Shown piece after piece: positions 10,056 through 17,992 of a stretch of 64,000 nt of DNA. The number at the start of each line of letters is the position of its first letter. Position 1 is the stretch's first letter. Under the pieces are notes generated by a model that was not told where the DNA came from, searched no databases, and worked only from the letters and a program-made list of their open reading frames with translations. A program made the translations under genes and the position numbers. Source of the stretch: an uncultured Bacteriovorax sp. (GTDB taxonomy: Bacteria > Bdellovibrionota > UBA1018); contig CAYSOA010000004.1 of the NCBI GenBank assembly GCA_964432565.1, forward strand, positions 38,839-102,838, written 5' to 3'.

Positions 10056-10535
10056 ATGGGAAAGCGTCTGAATCCCGTTGAATTGGTCATTTTCGGTGTT
10101 GTCACCCTGGGCTTTGTCTTTTCGGCCTGGCGACTGACCCAGGAACGTCCGGATTTCGAAGGCGGAATGCTGGCCCCGATGGCCTCCAATCCCCTCTCCG
10201 AGACCGAACGCGACCCGGCGGCAACGGCTCCTCTCTTCGCCCATGTGTCGTTCGAGTGCGAATCGCTGCGCGAGACCACGGTGTCGGCCTCCAAGATTCG
10301 GATTTCGGGTCCGATTTGCGGAGTCCGCAAGGGAGCTGAAGATCCCGAGATCGTGACTGCAGCCGTAGTCAACTCCGCGAACCAGTTCCAGGCCACGGTC
10401 TTCACGGACCTTAGCGCCGGCAAGTTCTCAACCGACTACATCCCCTTGAATTCAGACAAGAATGCCATCCGGGTGGAGTTTCGCTACAAGAGTGGAAAGA
10501 GCACCACCCACGATCTGGTCATTCTCAAAAACTGA
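10056..10535 (+). CDS. hypothetical membrane-anchored protein
   Basis: It has an N-terminal TM helix (LVIFGVVTLGFVFSAW) and coding-like codon usage. No motif was recognised. Confidence 0.45.
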   Translation: MGKRLNPVELVIFGVVTLGFVFSAWRLTQERPDFEGGMLAPMASNPLSETERDPAATAPLFAHVSFECESLRETTVSASKIRISGPICGVRKGAEDPEIVTAAVVNSANQFQATVFTDLSAGKFSTDYIPLNSDKNAIRVEFRYKSGKSTTHDLVILKN

Positions 10536-10575
10536 GAAAATCGAAATCGGCGCGTTTCTTGATCTCTCGGCCTGC

Positions 10576-11268
10576 ATGAGACGCACCTCGATTCAGCCTA
10601 AATCCCCCTGGCGCGAACTCCTCGGTTCGCGATCCGCCCATCGCTTCTTTTCCAGCATTGCTCCGGGATTGAGCTCTGAATCCCAGCAGCATTCGCTCTT
10701 CGCGAATTATGCACTGAACCCGGAGCTGTTCGCGCGTCGGCTAGAGCACCTGGCTCCGGGCGAACGACGCCGCATTACTTCCGCGCTGGCCATCGCCCAT
10801 GACTATGCCGTCTTCCGCGAACGAGCCTTTCAGGAGCGCCCGAAGCAGCCTTTCGATCCTTCGGCCGCAAACGAGCTTCTCAAGACTCTGCCTGAAGAGG
10901 CCCGACTGGAGTCGCGTGAATGGATCGGCTTCTGGGCCCAGTTTCGCCAGGGTCACTGGAGTTCGCTGGAGTGGGTGGAACGCGGCGTACGAACCCACGT
11001 CAACTTCGACGCCGGCGAGTTCTTCGGCCGGCTCCTGTCACTCCACCCGCGAGCCTTTGTTCTGGTCCACAACCATCCCTCCGGCGTGACCACGCCCTCC
11101 TGGGTCGATTATCGGCTGACCGAGCGGATTCGAACGATCGCCCGGCAGTTTGGGATTGAACTTCGGGGACATTGGATTGTAGGCCCTCATTCCGAAGACT
11201 GGATTGCCCCCGGCCTCCATCGCATGGAGGCCGGATTCGACATTGAGGGTGAAGACCGTGAAGCCTGA
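10576..11268 (+). CDS. radC: RadC-like JAB/MPN domain protein
   Basis: A JAB metalloprotease motif is present (HNHPSG...PS..D), followed by the RadC-like C-terminus. The start was chosen at MRRTS to avoid overlapping the upstream ORF, but an earlier start is possible. Confidence 0.7.
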   Translation: MRRTSIQPKSPWRELLGSRSAHRFFSSIAPGLSSESQQHSLFANYALNPELFARRLEHLAPGERRRITSALAIAHDYAVFRERAFQERPKQPFDPSAANELLKTLPEEARLESREWIGFWAQFRQGHWSSLEWVERGVRTHVNFDAGEFFGRLLSLHPRAFVLVHNHPSGVTTPSWVDYRLTERIRTIARQFGIELRGHWIVGPHSEDWIAPGLHRMEAGFDIEGEDREA

Positions 11269-11923
11269 CTCCTGCACGACCTGCCACAAGCCAAGCGACC
11301 TCTGCGTCTGCTCGCTCGTTCAGCGATTTCCGAATCGCACTGCCATTCTCGTCCTGCAGCACCCGCAGGAGCCCGACCACGAGATCGGGTCGGCGTGGCT
11401 GGCCACCCAGTGCCTCGAAAACTCGCGACTCAAGGTGGGTCTGAGCTGGCCGAACCTCGCCAAGGCGTGGGGCGAGCCGGTGGATGCATCGCGATGGGGA
11501 GTGCTCTATCTCGGTAGCGGACCCAAGGGGGCAGCCCCGGCGGGTGACTCCCTGTTCTGCGTCGAAAAAAAGGGGACACCACTCGAAGCAACTTCAAATT
11601 CTGCCAAGCTCGCCAAGCTCGAGGGCGTGATTGTTCTCGATGGAACCTGGAGCCAGGCAAAGACCCTCTGGTGGAGAAATGCCTGGCTGCTGAAGCTTCA
11701 GCGACTGATGCTCTCGCCGAAAAATCCCTCACTGTACCGCGATCTACGCCGCGAGCCCCGTCGCGAATGCCTTTCGACGCTCGAAGCCATTGCCGAGATT
11801 CTCGAATCCCAGCGCCAGACGCCCGAAGGCGTGGCGCACCTGCGTGCCTCGTTCAGAGATCTGCTGTCGCGCTATCGCAGACGCCGACAGCAGGCTCGGG
11901 CGGCGAAAGCTCCCATCGATTAA
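11249..11923 (+). CDS. DTW-domain protein (tRNA-uridine aminocarboxypropyltransferase family)
   Basis: The N-terminus has a C-x2-C-x6-C-x-C cluster (CTTCHKPSDLCVC) and the DGTW motif is present (VLDGTWSQAK). The start is uncertain: it is either GTG near 11249 or the ORF start at 11204. Confidence 0.65.
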   Translation: MKTVKPDSCTTCHKPSDLCVCSLVQRFPNRTAILVLQHPQEPDHEIGSAWLATQCLENSRLKVGLSWPNLAKAWGEPVDASRWGVLYLGSGPKGAAPAGDSLFCVEKKGTPLEATSNSAKLAKLEGVIVLDGTWSQAKTLWWRNAWLLKLQRLMLSPKNPSLYRDLRREPRRECLSTLEAIAEILESQRQTPEGVAHLRASFRDLLSRYRRRRQQARAAKAPID

Positions 11924-11974
11924 TCCTCGACAGGGGCGACCATCGCGCAAGCCTTCGCACCGCTCAGAGGGCAC

Positions 11975-12241
11975 CTAGCGCTTGCGGTTCATGTTCTGAA
12001 GCATCTCCATCGCCTGACGGAGCTGGGCGTCCTTGCCGCCAGCGGCACCGGGACGACCGCCGCGCATGGCACCCATCTGTGCCTGCATGCGTGCCATCGC
12101 CTCCTGCATATTCTTTGCGCCCGGAAAGGCCACCTGCATCATCTGCTCGGCAGCCTGCTTGAGCTTCAAAAAGATGAACACGTTGACCGCGGTCAAGAGG
12201 GCCACACCTACCCAGCTGAGAATCGTCCAGATCGACATGCG
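11975..12241 (-). CDS. small Met-rich membrane protein (hypothetical)
   Basis: A single TM helix (ILSWVGVALLTAVNVFIF) is followed by a Met/Gln/Ala-rich tail (MQEAMARMQAQMGAM). The start was taken at MSIW. Confidence 0.45.
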   Translation of the reverse strand, partial: RMSIWTILSWVGVALLTAVNVFIFLKLKQAAEQMMQVAFPGAKNMQEAMARMQAQMGAMRGGRPGAAGGKDAQLRQAMEMLQNMNRKR

Positions 12242-12377
12242 CCGATGAATGTCACACCTGCCGACGGGATTCAAGGCGCGCAGCCGTGCAGAACGCCCGA
12301 GCACGCCGGTTGCTACGCCGAGCGCCTGAAGGGCTGCTCGCTGCAGCCCAATTTCTCAATCTGCGAAGGAGACTCTG

Positions 12378-13274
12378 ATGAAAGAACCGAAATTGACCCT
12401 GCTTGGAACCGGCACCCTGTTGCCCATCGCCATGGTGGCCCTTCTGGCCGCCTGCGCCGAACAACCGCGAGCGCCAGCCCCGTTCGCCCAACCGGCCCTT
12501 CCCCAGAAGGTACGTTTCGCCGTAAAGGGAGCTGCTGCATCGGAGAATCTCGAAGTCTTCGCGCGGCACGGCGTCGAATTCACACTCGATGGCGCAATCG
12601 AGGTCGGTCCGGCACCCGACGGCCAGACCCATCGCAAGATCCTGCCGGAATCCCAGCGCGTCCGATTGCAGGAGGCATGGTCGGCATTGCAGAACGGAGG
12701 ACTGACGGCCAGTGAAACCTGTGCCACGGCTCCCGACGAGTCGTCCTGGGCATCCAACGCCTGGCGTCTCTCGATTCTTTTCGGCGATCGCGAGACGGCA
12801 TTGTTTCGCATCGATGGCGGTCAGATCTGCGGTCCGGCAAAAGAAGAAAGCCTGGTCGACTTTTCGAAGGTCCTGTTCGAACTCGCTTCGATTCATTACC
12901 CCCGTCGCTTTCCGAGCGCCTGTCTCGCTGGGGCGGATGAGCTGACCGGACGTTTTCAGGAACTGCTCGCATGCGAGAGCGACGCCGACTGCGTGAACGT
13001 GGACCTCGACTTCGCTGGAATTCCTGCTGGTGAAGTGCATCACATTCCGCTGGCGGTCTGTTCGGCACTCCCCCATCTGGGGGCAGCGAATGCTGCGGCA
13101 CTCCAAAAAGAGCGGCGCAGCCTGCTTTCCTTGAAGGCCGAGTCACAGAGAGCCTGTGTAGCCGAGGAGCTCGCTCCCGTGTGCTCAACCGAGCAGGACC
13201 CGGGCTTCCAGAACCACCGTTATCCCGCGCGATGTCAGGCGCAGAAGTGTGTTCCTGGCAGAACTCGGGAATAA
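12378..13274 (+). CDS. hypothetical lipoprotein
   Basis: The lipobox reads LLAAC and several conserved Cys residues follow. The opposite-strand ORF 12252..13106 has poor coding character, so this strand was preferred. Confidence 0.5.
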   Translation: MKEPKLTLLGTGTLLPIAMVALLAACAEQPRAPAPFAQPALPQKVRFAVKGAAASENLEVFARHGVEFTLDGAIEVGPAPDGQTHRKILPESQRVRLQEAWSALQNGGLTASETCATAPDESSWASNAWRLSILFGDRETALFRIDGGQICGPAKEESLVDFSKVLFELASIHYPRRFPSACLAGADELTGRFQELLACESDADCVNVDLDFAGIPAGEVHHIPLAVCSALPHLGAANAAALQKERRSLLSLKAESQRACVAEELAPVCSTEQDPGFQNHRYPARCQAQKCVPGRTRE

Positions 13275-13292
13275 TCCTATTCCCAGCAGTAG

Positions 13293-13308
13293 TGGCATCG
13301 GGGTTGCT
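13293..13308 (+). promoter_or_regulatory. sigma54 (-24/-12) promoter candidate
   Basis: The element TGGCAT-cgggg-TTGCT matches the TGGCAC-N5-TTGCW consensus, with GG and GC exactly 10 nt apart, and lies 45 nt upstream of the 13353 start. Confidence 0.6.
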
Positions 13309-13352
13309 TCACTGGCTGGATCGAAATCGTCGATCCTCAGAGGAGCAACCCC

Positions 13353-14117
13353 GTGCGTCATTCACCATCCCCTCTTTTGATCCGTCTCATGGCCTGGCTT
13401 CCGGTTCTGCTCAGCACACTGACTGCCTGCTCGATGCAGTCGAGGCAGTCCTACTCCCCCTCATCTCCGCAGACCGAATTGGTGCGAGCGCGAGACTGGG
13501 ACTTCATGACCATGGTCATCAAGGGCGCTCGCACGCAGCTCGAAAATAATGGCCACTTCAGAACAGTTCCCAATGCGTGCTACCGGCGCGAAAACGGTGC
13601 CCTTGAGCTCGAGCTCTGGAACCGAGTCGCCACTGCCGTGAATCGACTGCTCGAACAGCAGTGGCTGGACGAACCCGTTTGCGAGGCGCGTCCGGCCGGC
13701 GCTGCCGACATCTACCAGCCGGTGGTCCTACATCTGCTCAACCAGGAACAAATCGAAATTCTCACTCCCAATGGCTCACGCTTTTGTACTCGTTCGGTCG
13801 ATGTCGAAACCGCATCGACGCTTCTGGTGGCTCTTGCCGAAGTCGGTAAGCGAGCTTCACTGGAGGGCTGCCCCCCTCGAAGTACGTCGCTCTGGCAGGG
13901 CGTGCGAAGCCCCTTGGATGCGGATCACGACTGGCCGGGTGATGGACGCGACGACAATGATGACGATGATCATGGGGATGATCACGACCATAGCCGAGAC
14001 GATGAGCGAAACGATGAGCGAAACGATGACGAGGATCGCGACCAGGACTGGCGAGAGGGGCGCCCCTCTACTCCCCACCAGAAGGGCCAGCAAAAAGGAC
14101 ATCAAAGAGACTGGTAG
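13353..14117 (+). CDS. hypothetical lipoprotein with Asp/His/Glu-rich C-terminal tail
   Basis: The lipobox reads LTAC. The C-terminus is DDNDDDDHGDDHDHSRDDERNDERNDDEDRDQD, and the DNA there contains a 12-nt tandem repeat. Confidence 0.55.
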   Translation: MRHSPSPLLIRLMAWLPVLLSTLTACSMQSRQSYSPSSPQTELVRARDWDFMTMVIKGARTQLENNGHFRTVPNACYRRENGALELELWNRVATAVNRLLEQQWLDEPVCEARPAGAADIYQPVVLHLLNQEQIEILTPNGSRFCTRSVDVETASTLLVALAEVGKRASLEGCPPRSTSLWQGVRSPLDADHDWPGDGRDDNDDDDHGDDHDHSRDDERNDERNDDEDRDQDWREGRPSTPHQKGQQKGHQRDW

Positions 14118-14839
14118 GCCTGCAGCATCTTCTCCCGACAAATCGAGGCCAGAGTCGCCACATCGCTTCGTCCCAGCCCCCGGGTGGGCACGGGTTCGAG
14201 TGCCTTGACCGTGATGGTTCCAGAAGTCAATCGGTGCCTGCCGTGGTCGAGTACCGCGCTGATCGGCGAGGCCACCAGCGGAACCAGCGGCAGACCCGTT
14301 TCGATTGCCATATGGAAGGCCCCCTTTTTGAACGGCAGGAGTCCGACACCCGAGCGATTTCGAGTCCCCTCGGGAAAAATCATCACGCTTACGCCACGCT
14401 CTCGAATCTGACGACTCGCCGACCCAATCCCAGCGATGGCCTGATGATGCCGCTTACGATCGAGAAAGATGTTTCCGGCTGCGTAATAAAAGAGATTGAA
14501 GAACGGAATCCACAGTAGCTCGCGCTTGCCGATCACGATCGTGTTCGAGGGAAAGAGCGAGCCGAAAATCAGGATGTCGAGGTTGTCCTGATGGTTGCAG
14601 ATGTAGATGCAGGGCTGAAACGGCTGGAGCGACTCGGCGCCCTCGAGCCGAATTTGAATGCGAGTGATTCTCGAAAGTCCCCAGACCCCGAGCCGCGCCA
14701 CGATTCGATTGAAGTGCGGACTGCCAAAAAGAAACGGAATCAACAGAACACCCACGACCGACATGAAAAGAAGCCAGACCAGCACCAGCAGATAGCGGAC
14801 GAAAAAATCGACGGTTTGCATCTGGCTCCACCACACCAC
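14102..14839 (-). CDS. plsC: 1-acyl-sn-glycerol-3-phosphate acyltransferase
   Basis: The acyltransferase motifs are present: NHQDNLD for HX4D, and FPEGTR. Confidence 0.85.
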   Translation of the reverse strand: MVWWSQMQTVDFFVRYLLVLVWLLFMSVVGVLLIPFLFGSPHFNRIVARLGVWGLSRITRIQIRLEGAESLQPFQPCIYICNHQDNLDILIFGSLFPSNTIVIGKRELLWIPFFNLFYYAAGNIFLDRKRHHQAIAGIGSASRQIRERGVSVMIFPEGTRNRSGVGLLPFKKGAFHMAIETGLPLVPLVASPISAVLDHGRHRLTSGTITVKALEPVPTRGLGRSDVATLASICREKMLQAYQSL

Positions 14840-14862
14840 GGCACGGTGCCTGGCTCAAGCCC

Positions 14863-15816
14863 TCACAGATTTTCCCTCAGCCAGTCGAGGTCGATCTCGG
14901 GGTTCCGACTCCCCAGCTGATCCTCCGCCGCATCGGTTGGAATCGTCACGAAGTCGGGATGGTTCCAGCGACTCGATCCGGTCCAGCGTGAACTCAGGAC
15001 AATGTGCCCGTCATTGCCCGGAGCCGTTTCGAAATCATAGGTGTACTCGAGAATCGTCGCCAGACGCTGGATCGAATCGGCGTCGTCATCGTAGGGAAAA
15101 GTGGCCTCGACCCAGGCACGAACATGAAACAGCGAACGCCTCTGAAGATCGCGCGCCACTTCCATCGTGGCGGCGTGCACCGGCGTATTCCAGACCGGAG
15201 GTCGTGGATCGCGATCCATGATAATGGGCTTTTTCTTCTCTCCAAGCATCACTTCGAGAACCCGATGAAACTCGGCCGGAGCCGGATCATCAAAATCCGA
15301 TCTTCCATCCCCGTCGTTACGGCTGCCAAAGATCACACGAGATCCCTCTGGTAACCTCTCGTGGGCGTGAACCCAGAGAGCCTTCTGTTCCGCGATACTG
15401 AAAACTGCCGTGAGCCCCTCCCTCTCGACCCGGCGTTCGAGCCGGGGCTCGGGATGAAGCACTGAGGCCAGCGCCCAGGCGTCGCAACGTCCCTCCCAGG
15501 GCAGGAAGGGCCTCGACTCGCCCCGGATCCTTTGCTCTTCAAATTCCAAAGCACGCCGCCCCGTCAAAAGATCATGTTTACGAAGCGCCGAACGGGCATC
15601 GAGACGGGACAAGGGGTACCAGTAACCGGACCAGGGAATCGTTGCCGCACGAAGAGAGAAAATCCCCTCTCGAACGATCACGGGTCCGTGCAGTCGCGTG
15701 ACGTCTCCCCACTCGACGACCTCGCCGGGTGGAGCAACCAGGGACGAAGAGGAGGGAGGAGCTCCGCACGCGGCCACTCCGATCAGGAGCATTCCGATCC
15801 ACAGTGACTGGCGCAA
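14863..15816 (-). CDS. hypothetical lipoprotein (317 aa)
   Basis: The lipobox reads VAAC. The ORF sits inside an operon between a hypothetical gene and plsC, and its function is not recognised. Confidence 0.5.
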   Translation of the reverse strand: MRQSLWIGMLLIGVAACGAPPSSSSLVAPPGEVVEWGDVTRLHGPVIVREGIFSLRAATIPWSGYWYPLSRLDARSALRKHDLLTGRRALEFEEQRIRGESRPFLPWEGRCDAWALASVLHPEPRLERRVEREGLTAVFSIAEQKALWVHAHERLPEGSRVIFGSRNDGDGRSDFDDPAPAEFHRVLEVMLGEKKKPIIMDRDPRPPVWNTPVHAATMEVARDLQRRSLFHVRAWVEATFPYDDDADSIQRLATILEYTYDFETAPGNDGHIVLSSRWTGSSRWNHPDFVTIPTDAAEDQLGSRNPEIDLDWLRENL

Positions 15817-15848
15817 GAGCCCCTCCCTTCTGATTGCCTGCGATGCGA

Positions 15849-16457
15849 CTATTCGGCCTGAACCGGAATTCCGGCGCAGGTATCCACCTCTCGACCGGTT
15901 GCGCGAACCTGAACGGCAGACTCGTTCTTGCCACGCGACTCATCGATTCGAGCGCGACAAAGCTCGGAGAATCCGATCTTCATGTCGAGAATCTCGGCGC
16001 AGCTGACCGGCACTTCAATCGAGAAGTCTTCAATCACTTCCTGGTACCGCTGACAGGCCCCCGAGCTTTGCACGGCTTCGACCTCGGATGAGGTTTCGGC
16101 CACCTTGAACTTGTCCGAGACCACGGTGATGCCGACACGGCGCTCGGACTTGAGGGGAATCCGGCCCGGAACGCCCGCGATCCATGTCTGCTCCTGGTTC
16201 CGGCAGACGACCCGAATATCCTGGGGAGCGCGTTGCACCTCGCTCTTTGAAGGATCGGCACACTGCTCGCGAAAGCGTTCGAAACTCACTTCCGTGGCAC
16301 TCTCCGCAGGAGAAACAGGCCCAGCGTCGCCTCCACCTTCGCCATCGCTGGCCATGGCGTAAAGCGACGTCATGGCCACAAGGCTGAAAATGGCGAGCGC
16401 CCAGTATCCGTTTCGTTCACGCAACTTTCCCTGACTGATTCCACTCTTTCTGTTCAT
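15849..16457 (-). CDS. hypothetical membrane-anchored protein
   Basis: The start was taken at MNRKSG, followed by a TM segment (YWALAIFSLVAMTSLYA). Confidence 0.45.
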   Translation of the reverse strand: MNRKSGISQGKLRERNGYWALAIFSLVAMTSLYAMASDGEGGGDAGPVSPAESATEVSFERFREQCADPSKSEVQRAPQDIRVVCRNQEQTWIAGVPGRIPLKSERRVGITVVSDKFKVAETSSEVEAVQSSGACQRYQEVIEDFSIEVPVSCAEILDMKIGFSELCRARIDESRGKNESAVQVRATGREVDTCAGIPVQAE

Positions 16458-16546
16458 GCTACCCCCTCGGTAATCAATTGAACCGGCACCAATTCCGGTC
16501 GGCTGCCGGAATTGCAACGCAGGTGCCACCGAGCGGCCTTGAGGCT

Positions 16547-17992
16547 TCAGTCCAAACCGTAGCGCCGACGCTTTCTCCAAAGCGTGCTGAGATTGATTCC
16601 CAGGATCGTGGCGGCCTCTTCGAGCGTCTGCGTCGTACCCAGAACGCTCAGGATATGGCGTCGTTCGAGTTCCTCGAGGCTCACTTCGGCGGCAGATAGC
16701 TGGTTCGGCGCACCGTCGATCATTGCAGATTGCGACACAAAGGAAGCCTGTTCGCCTGCTGAAGCGTGCAGTACGCCCGATGCTGCCGGCACGGCATCCG
16801 CCTTTGTCGGAGCTGACGAGAAGCCTTCGACGACGCGATCGGGCAGATCATCCAGCGTCACCTGGTCCGTCGAGCAAAGGATGGCGGCACGCTCGAGGGC
16901 GTTCTTGAGCTCGCGAATGTTTCCCGGCCACGGATAGGCCCGGATTGCTGCAGCTGCTTCGGCACTGAAGGGGCGTGCGGGCCGATTTGCGGCGACAAAG
17001 GACTTCTGCAGAAGTCCCTCGGCCAGGGCGGGAATGTCCTCGCTGCGGTTGCGAAGCGAGGGCATGTGCAGATCGATCACATTCAGCCGAAAGTACAAAT
17101 CCTCGCGAAAACGCCCCTGGCGAACCTCATGTTCGAGGTCCTTGTTCGTAGCCGCAATGATGCGAACGTCCACGCGGATGGTCTTGGTATCGCCGACCCG
17201 CTCGAACTCGCGTTCCTGCAGAAATCGAAGCAGCTTGGTCTGCAGCGACGGCGAGATCTCGCCGATCTCATCAAGAAATACGGTACCGCTCTCGGCGAGC
17301 TGCAGCCGTCCCACCTTGTCCTTCACGGCACCTGTAAACGATCCTCGGACGTGTCCGAAGAGCTCGGACTCGAGCAGATTTTCTGAAAGCGTCGCACAGT
17401 TGACCACGGCAAAAGGACCTTTCGAACGCTGGCTGGCATCGTGCGTAATCTTCGCAAGAAGCGTCTTTCCCGTACCGCTTTCACCGGTGATCAGAATGGT
17501 CGAGTCGGTTGCCGCCACCTTCCTCGCCATGTCGAGCACCTTCTGCATTCGAGCATTTTTCGTCGTAATACTCGACGGGTCAGAAAGGACTTCGACGGTG
17601 TCCCGAAGCTTCAGGTTCTCGTCGCTGAGCCGCCTGAACTCCTCGATTCGTGAAACCAGGTGCTCGAGCTGCTCGGGAGTGAAGGGTTTGACCAGATAAT
17701 CATAGGCTCCCCCCTTCATGGCACTGATGGCCGTATCAATGGTGGCATAGGCCGTCATGAGCACCGGCGTTACTCCGGGAAAATATTCCCGGGTCTTTCC
17801 CAGAAGATCGAGGCCGCTCATTCCATCCATCCTGAGATCGGTGATCAGGATATCGGGACTCGAACGACGCATCAGCGAAAGAGCCATCTCTCCACTGTCG
17901 GCCACCTGAACCTCGTGGCCCGCAGCGGTCAGTGCCGCCTCCATGGTGCTGCAGATTCCCTGTTCGTCATCAACCACCAGCAACTTCGACAT
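16547..17992 (-). CDS. sigma54-dependent response regulator (NtrC family)
   Basis: The REC domain reads LLVVDDE, followed by GESGTGKT, GSFTGA and a C-terminal HTH. The start was taken at MSKLL. Confidence 0.85.
   Translation of the reverse strand: MSKLLVVDDEQGICSTMEAALTAAGHEVQVADSGEMALSLMRRSSPDILITDLRMDGMSGLDLLGKTREYFPGVTPVLMTAYATIDTAISAMKGGAYDYLVKPFTPEQLEHLVSRIEEFRRLSDENLKLRDTVEVLSDPSSITTKNARMQKVLDMARKVAATDSTILITGESGTGKTLLAKITHDASQRSKGPFAVVNCATLSENLLESELFGHVRGSFTGAVKDKVGRLQLAESGTVFLDEIGEISPSLQTKLLRFLQEREFERVGDTKTIRVDVRIIAATNKDLEHEVRQGRFREDLYFRLNVIDLHMPSLRNRSEDIPALAEGLLQKSFVAANRPARPFSAEAAAAIRAYPWPGNIRELKNALERAAILCSTDQVTLDDLPDRVVEGFSSAPTKADAVPAASGVLHASAGEQASFVSQSAMIDGAPNQLSAAEVSLEELERRHILSVLGTTQTLEEAATILGINLSTLWRKRRRYGLD

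Noticed and set aside
12252-13106. A 284-aa minus-strand ORF competes with the plus-strand lipoprotein call.
   Set aside because: The plus-strand product has a clean lipobox signal peptide and sits downstream of a sensible promoter region. The minus-strand product is Arg/Cys/Gly-rich junk.
14863-15816. I considered whether the 317-aa lipoprotein is a papain-/transglutaminase-like enzyme, on the basis of GRCDAWALAS plus downstream His/Asp residues.
   Set aside because: The motif spacing does not convincingly match the TGc core, so it is left as a hypothetical lipoprotein.
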